A program made the position numbers and the translations under genes. The notes under the pieces are model-generated. The model did no database searches. It worked only from the letters and a program-made list of their open reading frames with translations, and was not told the DNA's origin. A stretch of 64,000 bases of DNA, from NCBI GenBank assembly GCA_039804025.1, contig JBDRZP010000002.1, forward strand, positions 96,851 to 160,850, written 5' to 3'. Every line of letters starts with the position of its first letter. Within the stretch, counting starts at the first letter, position 1. The DNA is from a candidate division WOR-3 bacterium (GTDB lineage: Bacteria > Hydrothermota > Hydrothermia > Hydrothermales > JAJRUZ01). This document shows positions 18,429 to 28,150 of this stretch, piece by piece.

Positions 18429-21293
18429 TTAGTAATTAAGGAATTTAACAACGCGACTTTCCTTATCGGTTTTCAATCTCAGGAAGAAAACTCCCTTTCC
18501 AACTTCTTCTTTCTTCAAAGTAACAAAGTATAAACCTGTATTCCTTTCCCCCTTCTCGATATTTTTAATTATTCTACCAGCCACATCAACAAGATCAAGG
18601 GTAATTTTTGAGTTGTATGGTAAACTGTAAATTATATTTACACCTTTAGGATTTCTTTCTGCTTTTAAATAAAGGCTTTTTATGTTATTATACCTTGCTT
18701 CCTTAATAAGGGTATAACAGTTTATGATTGCATCAACATTCTGCTGTAAATTTGTAAGACTATTTCCCCCCACTATTGCAAAAACAACCCTCTGGGTATC
18801 ATTAGGATTAAGTGTAAAAGGTCCTGTTGATGCAACAATCGTCCAGTCGTCAGGTGCAGAAGTCTGATCATTCCCAATCTGCCCTGCAAGAAATTGATAC
18901 TTATCAGTCTCCGTCGGTCTTCCAGTAGGATAAACATATGTGGGATTATGTAAAAACTTACCTATAAAATTAGCCTGAGATTCAATAAGTGAAACACCAA
19001 CATAAGTGCTCCCATAATACATATAAATAAGGTTCCTTGTTAAATCTTTATTCCCCTGATTCTGATTATAACCAGTTGAACCCCCAATATCAAAATCCAT
19101 AAATAATCCAGCATAAACCCCTGATACCGGATTTGATCCCTTGTTAATTAAATCAAGTTCAACAAGAATACCATTACCACACCCAGGATTCCCTGTCTGA
19201 GAAAAAGCAAAAGCATATTGTGTTAAATAAATATTTTTTGGACTTGTGTGATTAGCATCATCATAACCTGACCTTGCCATAGTATCACCTTTAAATGGAT
19301 TCACCCACCATAAACCATCCCTTGGCGCAAAATCACTATCAAATGATTCACCTGCATTGTAAAAGGCATCAACAACATAACTGGAACTATTCCCAATTGC
19401 AAAAGAACCATAAAAAAGATGATTAGCACCATTTTTTGGCCACTTAAAACCTGTCCCTGGACCTATACTCCCCCCTTCATCTAGTGAAGGAAATCCACCT
19501 TTATTTGAAACTGTTAAAATAGCATTTCCTGCAGGAATATCAAAAGTGGTAGGACCAAGCTGGCCAATTTGAAGGGAAAAATAGTATGTCCAGGTTTTAG
19601 GATTACCATTATCATCATACCCATAAATATAAAGAACAAAATTCACATTCGTTCCAACAGGTGCCCCAGGATCAGCATAGGCAGAAAAATTATCAGTATT
19701 AGGTGAACTCTGATTGGGAACCAAATCAGGCCATGCTCCAAGTGAATCCACAACTGTAACATATGGACTCATAGCTTTTAATTTTCCTGTTAGTGTAAGA
19801 GCTGTATCCTTACCAACATTCTTGGCAACAAAATCAATAATAACAGTTTCACCAGGATCCCAAACAGAACCAGTTCCTGATGTATCCCATGAAACTATTG
19901 TAACATAAGGCAAATTAAGTTGTGTCTTTATTGCGTGCCATACATTAACAATACCCCATCCAACCCTATCATTTGGATAACTGTATCCACAGTTATTAGG
20001 TTTTGAAGTTGTATTTATCAGAAGAGAATAAGCACTATCAACAGTAAGTGTAGGATTAGCCTGGAATATAAGTGCAAGGGCTCCTGTAACATGAGGAGTT
20101 GCCATTGATGAACCATTCCAGGTAGCATAACCACCACCAGGAACAGATGACCTAACCCCTGAACCAGGTGCTGCTATATCAGGCTTTAATAAATTCCATG
20201 TTGGATAAAACCAGTATTGAGGATTATTCCAGGGGGATTGATTAGGAGCAGGTCCCCTCTGACCAACACAATCATGGCAGGCTCCTGAACCCACTGTGCC
20301 AACACCTATAACAATTGGATAGTTTCCAGGTGTTCCTGCTGTTCCTGTGGAAGCACAGGAAGTTCCACAATTAGCATTATTTCCAATGGCAAAAACAGGG
20401 AATATTTCAAGACTTCTCCAGGTCTGAACTGCTGACCAGTAAGCAAGTGAAGTTTGTGTACAGGAACCCCATGAATTATTCACAGCCCTGATATTTAATC
20501 CTGAATCTGCCTTTAAAGAAGCAATCCACTGAAATCCACCTGATATATTACCGGCCTGACAACCATTATTAAATATCTTTGCCATAACAAAAGTAGGAAC
20601 GTTCGGGGCAACACCTATATCATTTGCTCCAAAATTACCTGTCCCTCCTATTGCTGTTCCTGTTGTATGTGTTCCATGCTGACAACCATCAGAAAAGGGA
20701 TTTCCATCTGATGTAAAATCTCTTCCTTTAAAAGTAACACCAGCAAAAGCAGGATGGTTCTTATCAACTCCTGAATCCATACTACCTATAATAACTCCCT
20801 CACCCCTGAAACCATTAGCCCAGGCTGAATCAGCTCCAACCATCTGCATATTCCAGGGAGCAGCTAAAGGTTCTGGATAATCGGTATTATCCACTTTCTC
20901 AGGTCTTATAAGAAAAACCTCAGGTTCCAGTTCAACTCTTAATACATCATCTCTCTGCAAAATTTCTTTTATAACTTTTGGTTTTGCTTTAAGCCTTATT
21001 CCATTATATACCCAGTAACTCTCATATAAAACTACATCTGAAGTTGATTTCTTCGAAAGAAAATTAAGAATTTCTCTCTGAGACTCAGATGCAAGAAGTT
21101 TAAGATAATCTGCTCTTGTCTTTATATCAGGTATAGTTTTCAAAAACTCATAATCAGGAAAAGGATTCATAAGAACTATTACAGTTAGAACTTCATCCTC
21201 TGAGGCTATTCTGAGTTTTTCCTGAAGATCAAGGGGGACTTTCTCCCATGAGGGAGTAAAAAATGTTAGTAAAACTAAAAGTAAATTAAACAT
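18429..21293 (-). CDS. Subtilisin-like serine protease (peptidase S8), paralog of 4345..7206, with a Cys-rich insert and T9SS C-terminal sorting domain
   Basis: The catalytic motifs are SMDSGVDKNHPAF, HGTHTTGTAIGG and GSSMATPHVTGALALI. The C-terminus (GVFFLRLKTDKESRVVKFLNY) is a T9SS CTD. The start was placed at the ATG at 21293, where the signal peptide MFNLLLVLLTFF begins and an AAAAAGGGAG RBS precedes it. The ORF in the track starts 16 codons further upstream. Confidence 0.85.
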   Translation of the reverse strand: MFNLLLVLLTFFTPSWEKVPLDLQEKLRIASEDEVLTVIVLMNPFPDYEFLKTIPDIKTRADYLKLLASESQREILNFLSKKSTSDVVLYESYWVYNGIRLKAKPKVIKEILQRDDVLRVELEPEVFLIRPEKVDNTDYPEPLAAPWNMQMVGADSAWANGFRGEGVIIGSMDSGVDKNHPAFAGVTFKGRDFTSDGNPFSDGCQHGTHTTGTAIGGTGNFGANDIGVAPNVPTFVMAKIFNNGCQAGNISGGFQWIASLKADSGLNIRAVNNSWGSCTQTSLAYWSAVQTWRSLEIFPVFAIGNNANCGTSCASTGTAGTPGNYPIVIGVGTVGSGACHDCVGQRGPAPNQSPWNNPQYWFYPTWNLLKPDIAAPGSGVRSSVPGGGYATWNGSSMATPHVTGALALIFQANPTLTVDSAYSLLINTTSKPNNCGYSYPNDRVGWGIVNVWHAIKTQLNLPYVTIVSWDTSGTGSVWDPGETVIIDFVAKNVGKDTALTLTGKLKAMSPYVTVVDSLGAWPDLVPNQSSPNTDNFSAYADPGAPVGTNVNFVLYIYGYDDNGNPKTWTYYFSLQIGQLGPTTFDIPAGNAILTVSNKGGFPSLDEGGSIGPGTGFKWPKNGANHLFYGSFAIGNSSSYVVDAFYNAGESFDSDFAPRDGLWWVNPFKGDTMARSGYDDANHTSPKNIYLTQYAFAFSQTGNPGCGNGILVELDLINKGSNPVSGVYAGLFMDFDIGGSTGYNQNQGNKDLTRNLIYMYYGSTYVGVSLIESQANFIGKFLHNPTYVYPTGRPTETDKYQFLAGQIGNDQTSAPDDWTIVASTGPFTLNPNDTQRVVFAIVGGNSLTNLQQNVDAIINCYTLIKEARYNNIKSLYLKAERNPKGVNIIYSLPYNSKITLDLVDVAGRIIKNIEKGERNTGLYFVTLKKEEVGKGVFFLRLKTDKESRVVKFLNY

Positions 21294-21312
21294 AAAAACT
21301 CCCTTTTTTATT

Positions 21313-21325
21313 GGGATTAGAACCC
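21313..21325 (-). promoter_or_regulatory. Upstream motif GGGTTCTAATCCC, 19 nt upstream of the protease ATG at 21293
   Basis: Seen directly. It overlaps the 3' end of the oxidoreductase beta/gamma gene. Confidence 0.5.
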
Positions 21326-22626
21326 TATAATTTTCTTCCAAAATTTAATCCTTCTCTAAAACAGGTTAAAGTCTCATCTTTAGCCTTTCCATATTTTAAA
21401 ATGGCTTTCTCATAAAGTTCAAAATCAAAAGGATTAAATTTTCCAAAAAGAACACCAAGAGAAAAGTAAGTGGGTCCACCTCTTAATTTTATATATTTCC
21501 TTGCTGGAACTCTTATAAAATTTTTATTATCAGTTAAAGATTCATCTATAATTATATTTTTAGACCTCTCTATAAAACCTTTCACCCTTTTTAAACCGTC
21601 CATACTGGTAATAATAAGATAATCAGGTTCTTCAATGCCAGTGTATTTTATATCTCCATCCTTTATTATAATTTCCGAAACAGAAAAACCGCTTCCAACT
21701 GTAACAGGATTATCATTTTTCTGAGTGGAATTTAATCCTCCTAAAATTGCAGAAATGCATAAAAGAGAAGAAGCAAGCTGAACACCTTCACCTGCTGAAC
21801 CTGCTATAACTATTTTTATTGGATTTTTTAAATTTATTTTCCTTTCCGCTTCAATCTCTGTAAATTCAAATTCACTCTTTTTATCAAAAAATTTACTTTT
21901 ATATAATAACCCAAAACTTTCCCTTTCAATTTTTTCCTTAATTTTTCCACCACTATTTTCAAGAATAATTTTCAAGTCATTACCTTTTATATCATTATAT
22001 CTTGTTGCATATCCGGTACAGAGTTCAAGTATTTCAATAACAGAAAAACCTCTATGGGATATAGCTTCTTTTATTATATCTTTTAAATCAGGATCCTGAG
22101 AAAAGGTTCTTGCATAAAAGGAAGCACCTGAATTTTTAAGAATATCAATAATTCTTAAAGCCTCAAAAGGATTTCCTCTTATTGTGGTTGAGGTCTTGAA
22201 TTCTTTTGGAGTTAAACCAGAATGCTGACCACCTGTCATTCCATAAAGAAAATTATTGTGAACAAGAACTGTAATATCAACATTTAACTTTGCAGACTCA
22301 ACGAGATGAAGAAGTCCTATAGTTGCTCCTCCATCACCTATCATAACTATTGTTTTTAATTGGTTATCAAAAAGAACTTCATCAACCATCTTTACACCAG
22401 ATGCGATAGCTGTTGACCTTCCATGCAATGTATGTAATGTATGAACATTAAAAAGTTTATCAACAAGACCAACACAACCTATATCAGAAACAATTAGAAC
22501 ATCTTTCTTTTCAAGATTGAGTTCAAAAATTGCCCTTGCAAGAGCCATATCAATTGATGTATGCCCGCAACCAGGGCAATAGGGAAAATTCTGCGGTTTT
22601 TCTATAATTTCAAAAAGATCTTTCAT
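21325..22626 (-). CDS. 2-oxoacid:ferredoxin oxidoreductase beta subunit (TPP-binding) fused to a gamma-subunit domain
   Basis: The N-terminus carries the TPP-subunit Cys motif CPGCGH and GDGG. The C-terminal ~180 aa (KIVIAGSAGEGVQLASSLL) resemble the PorC / gamma subunit. Confidence 0.75.
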   Translation of the reverse strand: MKDLFEIIEKPQNFPYCPGCGHTSIDMALARAIFELNLEKKDVLIVSDIGCVGLVDKLFNVHTLHTLHGRSTAIASGVKMVDEVLFDNQLKTIVMIGDGGATIGLLHLVESAKLNVDITVLVHNNFLYGMTGGQHSGLTPKEFKTSTTIRGNPFEALRIIDILKNSGASFYARTFSQDPDLKDIIKEAISHRGFSVIEILELCTGYATRYNDIKGNDLKIILENSGGKIKEKIERESFGLLYKSKFFDKKSEFEFTEIEAERKINLKNPIKIVIAGSAGEGVQLASSLLCISAILGGLNSTQKNDNPVTVGSGFSVSEIIIKDGDIKYTGIEEPDYLIITSMDGLKRVKGFIERSKNIIIDESLTDNKNFIRVPARKYIKLRGGPTYFSLGVLFGKFNPFDFELYEKAILKYGKAKDETLTCFREGLNFGRKL

Positions 22627-23720
22627 ATTGACTCAAGAAAATTTTTTATTTCTCCCGGTGATATTAAAGAACCTATTTTTGTTAAAGAATAAGCCTTTGT
22701 TCCCAAAAGATGCCTTATCAAAATGTAAAGGTTACCCATTATATTCTCTTCAACAACAATAATTTTCTTATATTTCTCAAAAATTGATTTTAAAAATTCT
22801 TCTTTCAAGGGATAAAGAGTTTTTAAAATTAAATAACTTACCTTTTTTAATTCTGCTATCTCTCTTACAGATTCAGATGTTACACCATAAGAAACAATTA
22901 AAATATCAGAATTTCTCTCAAAATATTCATAAAATAAAAATTTATCTATATTTTTTAATATTTTTTCTTTAAGATGATAGAGAACTTCAATTACCTCAGG
23001 GTCATCCTTCTTTAAATCACCTTTTTTATCATGGGCACTACCTGTATACCTGGTAAGGAATTCACCCCCAACTGGTGAAAAATCAGGAACATCCTTTAAA
23101 TCTTTAAAATTATAAGTTTTAAATTGTCCATTCCCGGAAAAATATTTACGTTCTAAAACCTCTGGTTTTTTTAAGAAGTTTAAATCTATACTCTTTTTTG
23201 TCATCGTTATTTCCTTTTCTGTTAAAAAAATAACAGGTGTTCTTAGAAATTCAGAAACATTTACAGAATGAATTATTAATTCATAACACTCTTCTATACT
23301 TGAAGGAGAAATGATAGGCAATGGATAACTACCAGAATTTGAAAAAGCTGAAAATAAAAGGTCTCCCTGTGAAGAAGTTGTAGCACCACCTGTTGCAGGA
23401 CCGAGTCTCTGTGCAAGAACAATTGTAATAGGAATTTCAGACATAATAGCATAGGAAAGGGATTCTATCATAAGGGAAAATCCAGGTCCTGAGGTTGCAG
23501 TCATTGATTTTATACCTCTTAAAGAGGCACCTATACAATAAGATATTGCAGAAATTTCATCAGAGGCACCCACTGCAATACCTTCCACTTTTGGAAGTTC
23601 TCTCATCATTGGTTCATATATAACAGATGCAGGTGTTATTGGATACCCTGCAAAAAATCTTACACCTGCATCAATTGCTCCCTTAGCAATGAGTTCACCG
23701 CCACTTGTAAAAATTTTCAT
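22623..23720 (-). CDS. 2-oxoacid:ferredoxin oxidoreductase alpha subunit
   Basis: GAIDAGVRFFAGYPITPAS...MTATSGPGFSLM is the KorA / PorA signature. Confidence 0.8.
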   Translation of the reverse strand: MKIFTSGGELIAKGAIDAGVRFFAGYPITPASVIYEPMMRELPKVEGIAVGASDEISAISYCIGASLRGIKSMTATSGPGFSLMIESLSYAIMSEIPITIVLAQRLGPATGGATTSSQGDLLFSAFSNSGSYPLPIISPSSIEECYELIIHSVNVSEFLRTPVIFLTEKEITMTKKSIDLNFLKKPEVLERKYFSGNGQFKTYNFKDLKDVPDFSPVGGEFLTRYTGSAHDKKGDLKKDDPEVIEVLYHLKEKILKNIDKFLFYEYFERNSDILIVSYGVTSESVREIAELKKVSYLILKTLYPLKEEFLKSIFEKYKKIIVVEENIMGNLYILIRHLLGTKAYSLTKIGSLISPGEIKNFLESI

Positions 23721-24139
23721 TTAAATTCAAAAAATTTATTCTTATCCAATATATGTATAACTTTATAATTTAATTCTTTAAGGGTTTTAGATAAAAATTT
23801 TCTGTGACACCTAAAAAATAATTTTTCAGCACACATAATACAGGACCTTTCCTTCGATATATCAATAAGTTTTTCAATTCCTGACTTATAATTTTGAGTA
23901 TTCATATAATTTTCATAACCTTCTCCTCTGAATCCACCCAGCTCTTCTCCAAGCCAGAAATATAGTATATTATGTTTTTTAAGCTCTTTTTCAAGGTTTT
24001 CTTTGTTAAACCAAAAAAATTTTTTAGATGAAGGAAATCTTCTAATATCAACGAGATTTTTAATCTTATAAAATAAAAGTATGTCAATGAACTCATCTAT
24101 CTTTCTGTTTGAATGTCCAATTGTAAAAATTTCCTTTAC
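23717..24139 (-). CDS. DUF488-family protein; start codon unresolved (no ATG/GTG/TTG in frame)
   Basis: The continuous frame reads (V)KEIFTIGHSNRKIDEF...RRFPSSKKF...GYENY...IMCAEKLFFRCHRKFLS. This matches the DUF488 signatures TIGHS, RRFP and CAExxWxRCHR. The ORFs at 23902..24096 and 23717..23905 in the track split this gene or read it in the wrong frame. Confidence 0.65.
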   Translation of the reverse strand, partial: VKEIFTIGHSNRKIDEFIDILLFYKIKNLVDIRRFPSSKKFFWFNKENLEKELKKHNILYFWLGEELGGFRGEGYENYMNTQNYKSGIEKLIDISKERSCIMCAEKLFFRCHRKFLSKTLKELNYKVIHILDKNKFFEFK

Positions 24140-24438
24140 AATTTCAAAATTACCTCATCTGGGTCAATAAAAGAGACAGTATCCATCTGTTCTTCTGTTG
24201 GCTCAAGGGTAAAAGTTCCTTCTTCCTGTCTTAAAAGTTCAAGAACTTCCTGTTCAAGATGTTCCTTTTTTATGCTTTCTCCCTGTTTCTTAACAGCAAC
24301 AATCATTCCCTTTGTAAAATATATCTCACCTTTTCTTGTGGCACCATCTATAATTAGCTTTCCGGATTTTGAGAGCCTTTTTATAAATTTCAAAATATCT
24401 TCAATTTTTACATCCCTAAGATCACCTACAAGTGCCAT
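24136..24438 (-). CDS. DUF4388-like small protein
   Basis: GDLRDVKIEDILKFI resembles the DUF4388 N-terminal motif. It lies immediately downstream of the response regulator. Confidence 0.45.
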   Translation of the reverse strand: MALVGDLRDVKIEDILKFIKRLSKSGKLIIDGATRKGEIYFTKGMIVAVKKQGESIKKEHLEQEVLELLRQEEGTFTLEPTEEQMDTVSFIDPDEVILKL

Positions 24439-24441
24439 TTT

Positions 24442-24834
24442 TTACTCCTTTTTTATTTCAACCCCGAGAATTTTAAGAACTCTTGAGAGAAACTCTTTCA
24501 GTTTAAAGGGTTTTTCAAAGTATGCCTCAACACCAATATTTTCAGCTTCCTTTCTTACAGCATCTGAACCATAAGCAGTCATTAAAATTAGGTGAGTATC
24601 AGGGCTTATTTCCTTTGCAGCCTTCAAAAGATCCATTCCGTTCATATGCCCGGGAAGTTTTAAATCCGAAACTATAAGGTCAAACTTTTTTTCCTTAATC
24701 TTTTCTAAACCCTCTTCAGCAGTTTCACATAGAACAACTTCAAAAGTTCCTGTTGCTGAAAAGAGTATATCATAAAGAGTCATCCCGAGCACTTTTTCAT
24801 CTTCTACAATTAAAATTCTTTTTTCAGGTTTCAT
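24442..24834 (-). CDS. Single-domain response regulator (CheY-like receiver)
   Basis: ILIVEDE...DLIVSDLKLPGHMNGMDLL...ILMTAYGS carries the phospho-acceptor Asp and Lys signatures. Confidence 0.85.
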   Translation of the reverse strand: MKPEKRILIVEDEKVLGMTLYDILFSATGTFEVVLCETAEEGLEKIKEKKFDLIVSDLKLPGHMNGMDLLKAAKEISPDTHLILMTAYGSDAVRKEAENIGVEAYFEKPFKLKEFLSRVLKILGVEIKKE

Positions 24835-26443
24835 ATTTTTTATTAATAATAGGGTTTGAACCTTTTATAAATTTTTCCGGAATATGAATCATAAATTTTG
24901 TTCCTTTTCCTATTATACTTGAAACATCAATAGTAAATCCATGAGCTTCTATTACTTTTTTTACAAAAGAAAGTCCAAGTCCTGCTCCTTTTTCCTTTGT
25001 AGTAAAAAAGGGTTCAAAAATTTTATCTAAATATTTACTCTCTATTCCTTTACCAGTATCTTCAATTTCAAGAACAAAATCCTTATTCTTTTTAAAATTA
25101 ATAAAAATTTTACCCTCCTTTTCAATTGCTTCAATTGAATTCTTAATAAGATTTAAAAGGGTAAGTTCAAACTTTATCTCATCACAAAGTAATTTTATAT
25201 CATCAGGTATATCTATAAAAAACTCTATATTTTTACCTTTAACAAAAAAATGGGAAATTGAGACTATTTTTTGAACAATTTCATTTAAAAAGTTTAAAGT
25301 TATATTGAGTTTGAAAGGTTTTGATATTTCAAGTAGAGATATTAAAATATAGTTCATTATCTCTCCTTCTTCCTTTAATGCTTTTATAAGTTCTTTAATT
25401 TTTTCATCCTTAACCTTTAACTCTATTATTTCACTAACCCCCAAAACTCCTGAAATTAAATTCTTAAGTTCATGAATTAATCCTGCTGTTACTTTTCCTA
25501 TAAAAGCCATCTTCTCTTCCTGAGATCTTCTTTCAACAAGATATTTGATTTCCTCTTCAAGCGTTTCCTTTCTTTCCCTTATTTCCTTTATAAAATTTAT
25601 ATTTTCAATTGCAATAGATAAAGTATTTGAAATCATCTCAAAGGTTTTAATTTCTTCTTCATCAAAAATTCCCCTTTTCCTTTTTATATAAAGAACACCA
25701 TGAACAAAATCCTTTGTAGGGACAAGTATTGCAAGTTCCCTTTCTTTTAAAACTGTTTTCATTTTCTTAATTGCTTCGCCTGGAAAAGAAAACTCTATAT
25801 TTAATATCTCAAACTCCCTTTTACCCCTGAACATAACCGGAATTAAAACATTACCCTTAACCCTGTAAAAACACACAGATTCAATATCTTGAATATTTTC
25901 GTAAATATTTTTTATAACATATTCAAGAAGCCTATCTTCATCTAAAACCCTTGTTGAAAATAGAACAAGGTCATAACTCAATTCAAGCCTTTCTATTGAT
26001 TCTTTCCTCTTTTTATGTAAGTAAGAAGAAAAAAATAAAGGACCTATAAAGGAGGAAAGGAGTTTAAGGTCATTAAAAACCTCCTCTGAAAGATTATCCC
26101 TGAAATCAATCAATATAAAACCAAAAAGTTTTCCAAAGTGATAAAAAGGAAAATAAAAAAGGTAATTACACTCTGGACCTGTAATTTCATTAAAAGGAGT
26201 ACTCCCCACTGGATAAAGGGTAGCCTCCTTTAAACCGAAAAGAAAATCCTTAATTTTATTTTCATTCTCATACTTTCTGAATAAAGGCTTTATCTCTTCT
26301 TCTTTTTCACCAATAAATACATCAAAGGATAAATAACCTTTAAAAAAATTCCTTAAAAAAGCATCAAGGAATCTCCTAACCCTTTCAAGATCAGTCTCTG
26401 CTGAAATCTCTTTTAAAAAAGAAAGGAGAATTCCTGTATCCAT
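24824..26443 (-). CDS. Sensor histidine kinase (cytoplasmic, GAF-like N-terminal region)
   Basis: The H-box is GLIHELKNLISGV. The HATPase_c motifs are IEDTGKGIE and GLGLSFVKKVIEAHG. No obvious transmembrane segments were seen. Confidence 0.8.
   Translation of the reverse strand: MDTGILLSFLKEISAETDLERVRRFLDAFLRNFFKGYLSFDVFIGEKEEEIKPLFRKYENENKIKDFLFGLKEATLYPVGSTPFNEITGPECNYLFYFPFYHFGKLFGFILIDFRDNLSEEVFNDLKLLSSFIGPLFFSSYLHKKRKESIERLELSYDLVLFSTRVLDEDRLLEYVIKNIYENIQDIESVCFYRVKGNVLIPVMFRGKREFEILNIEFSFPGEAIKKMKTVLKERELAILVPTKDFVHGVLYIKRKRGIFDEEEIKTFEMISNTLSIAIENINFIKEIRERKETLEEEIKYLVERRSQEEKMAFIGKVTAGLIHELKNLISGVLGVSEIIELKVKDEKIKELIKALKEEGEIMNYILISLLEISKPFKLNITLNFLNEIVQKIVSISHFFVKGKNIEFFIDIPDDIKLLCDEIKFELTLLNLIKNSIEAIEKEGKIFINFKKNKDFVLEIEDTGKGIESKYLDKIFEPFFTTKEKGAGLGLSFVKKVIEAHGFTIDVSSIIGKGTKFMIHIPEKFIKGSNPIINKKYET
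24852..24863 (-). promoter_or_regulatory. Upstream motif AGGTTCAAACCC, 17 nt upstream of the response-regulator ATG and inside the 3' end of the kinase gene
   Basis: Seen directly. Confidence 0.45.
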
Positions 26444-26976
26444 TATTTAATTTTAAATTTTAATAAATTACTTTCGTATTTCATTATAATTATACCAAAA
26501 GAAATACCAAGAAGTGAACCTGCTAAAACATCTGTTGCCCAGTGTCTATCCAAGTATATTCGTGAAACTCCAACAAGACTTGACCATAAAAAAAGTGGAA
26601 TAGTTAAATTTTTATGCCTTTTAGATAAAATATAGGAAAAAGCAAAAGAACCGGATGCATGGCCTGAGGGAAAGGAAGAATTGAAAGGGTTTCCATTTCC
26701 ACCCGAAGGTCTTTCCCTTCTTGTAATATATTTAATCAAAAGTGTAAAAAAAGAAACAGAGCTTACTCCAATAAAAGAGAGCTTTGCGTCATCCCTTTCA
26801 TGTTCTGAAAAAAGAGTGGAAAGTAAAACATGAGTTAAAAGGAAAAAATCCTTATCAGCACTTTCCGTTATAACTAAAAAAGTTTTATCAAGAAAAGGGG
26901 TTCTGTTCCTCTGAAAGATATCCCTTACACTTCTATCAAAGGAATTATCAAAAATTAAAAAAATTAAAAGAATCAT
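26443..26976 (-). CDS. PAP2-family phosphatase (membrane)
   Basis: It carries the PAP2 motifs KxxxxxxRP, PSGH and SRxxxxxHxxxD: ITRRERP, SFPSGHAS and SRIYLDRHWATD. Confidence 0.75.
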   Translation of the reverse strand: MILLIFLIFDNSFDRSVRDIFQRNRTPFLDKTFLVITESADKDFFLLTHVLLSTLFSEHERDDAKLSFIGVSSVSFFTLLIKYITRRERPSGGNGNPFNSSFPSGHASGSFAFSYILSKRHKNLTIPLFLWSSLVGVSRIYLDRHWATDVLAGSLLGISFGIIIMKYESNLLKFKIK

Positions 26977-27743
26977 CTTCCGTAAAGAAGCCTATCACCT
27001 AAAAATTGTGGCAAACCAGCTTCAATTATCTTTTTTCTTGCTTTTTCAACATCATATAAAACCCTGTAAAACATAATCTCTTTTTTTTCTAAATCAAAAA
27101 TTAAAAAAGAAGCTCTTGGATCACCATCTCTCGGTTGACCAACACTGCCTGGATTAATAAGATAATCTGTATCCTTTTCCAAAGAAAATTTAAAAATAAA
27201 AAAATCCTTTTTATTTTCATAAAAAATATCCTGAAACCCAAATTTTTGATATTCTCCTTCCTTTTTTCTTTTAAAAATCACTGGTATGTGGGAGTGACCA
27301 AAAAAGGTAATTCTCTTATCTATACTTTGAAATTCAAAAATTGCCTCTTCAAGAGAAAAGATATATATAAAGGACTCTGGCTCTGAAGGGGCTGTATGAA
27401 CAATATCAATTTCCTCATTAACTTCTTCCTTAAAATTCAATTTTTCTATGAATTTTCTGTTCTCATATGTTAAAACTTTTTCAGTCCACTCAATTGCTTT
27501 TAACGCATACTCATTAAGGTTATTTCTTTCTTCATAATTTATCAAAGAGTAATCATGGTTACCACAAACAGTAAGTTTTGAATTTTCCCTTATAAAATCG
27601 GTACATAAATTTGGATCAGCTCCGTAACCTATTATATCACCCAGGCATAAAATCTCATCGTAACCTTCTTTTTTAGCCACTTCAATTACTTTGCTTAAGG
27701 CTTCATAATTAGAATGTATATCAGAAATTACAAGATACCTCAT
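26973..27743 (-). CDS. Metallophosphoesterase (calcineurin-like)
   Basis: The motifs ISDIHSN, GDIIGYG and GNHD are present. Confidence 0.8.
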   Translation of the reverse strand: MRYLVISDIHSNYEALSKVIEVAKKEGYDEILCLGDIIGYGADPNLCTDFIRENSKLTVCGNHDYSLINYEERNNLNEYALKAIEWTEKVLTYENRKFIEKLNFKEEVNEEIDIVHTAPSEPESFIYIFSLEEAIFEFQSIDKRITFFGHSHIPVIFKRKKEGEYQKFGFQDIFYENKKDFFIFKFSLEKDTDYLINPGSVGQPRDGDPRASFLIFDLEKKEIMFYRVLYDVEKARKKIIEAGLPQFLGDRLLYGR

Positions 27744-28150
27744 TTTCTTATAGATTTCCCAATACTATCAAGGACACCGTTTATAAATTTAACCGCATTT
27801 TCATCTATAAATCTATTGGCAATTTTTAAAAGTTCTTCAATTATAACATTTAAAGGAGTATCTGGATAAAAAAGTATTTCACCCACTCCAAACCTCAATA
27901 TTGATTTTTCATAGGGTAAAATCCTCTCAAAATCCCAGTTTTTTAAATTTTTTTTTATTAAATCATCTATAACATTTAAATTTTTTAAAATTTTTTCTAA
28001 ATATTCCCGTGCAAGAGAACTCTCTTCACCTTTTTCTTTCTCAATCAATTCAAGGGGGTTATCTCCTAAAAGCTCAAATCTATAAAGTAAATTTATAGCC
28101 AAAAGTCTTGCCTTAGTTTTTTTCTTGAATCTAATTCTTAAGGATTTCAT
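27740..28150 (-). CDS. nusB: Transcription antitermination factor NusB
   Basis: ARLLAINLLYRFELLGD...ILRFGVGEILF matches the NusB fold signature. Confidence 0.75.
   Translation of the reverse strand: MKSLRIRFKKKTKARLLAINLLYRFELLGDNPLELIEKEKGEESSLAREYLEKILKNLNVIDDLIKKNLKNWDFERILPYEKSILRFGVGEILFYPDTPLNVIIEELLKIANRFIDENAVKFINGVLDSIGKSIRK

Noticed and set aside
21294-21341. Upstream extension of the second protease ORF (MEENYRVLIPIKKGVF)
   Set aside because: The internal ATG at 21293 has a strong RBS and is immediately followed by the signal peptide. The extension would translate through the upstream motif and overlap the oxidoreductase gene.
23902-24096. Track ORF MSSLTYFYFIRLK... (64 aa, minus strand)
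   Set aside because: It is read in the wrong frame across the N-terminal half of the DUF488 gene. The alternative frame gives a continuous conserved DUF488 sequence.
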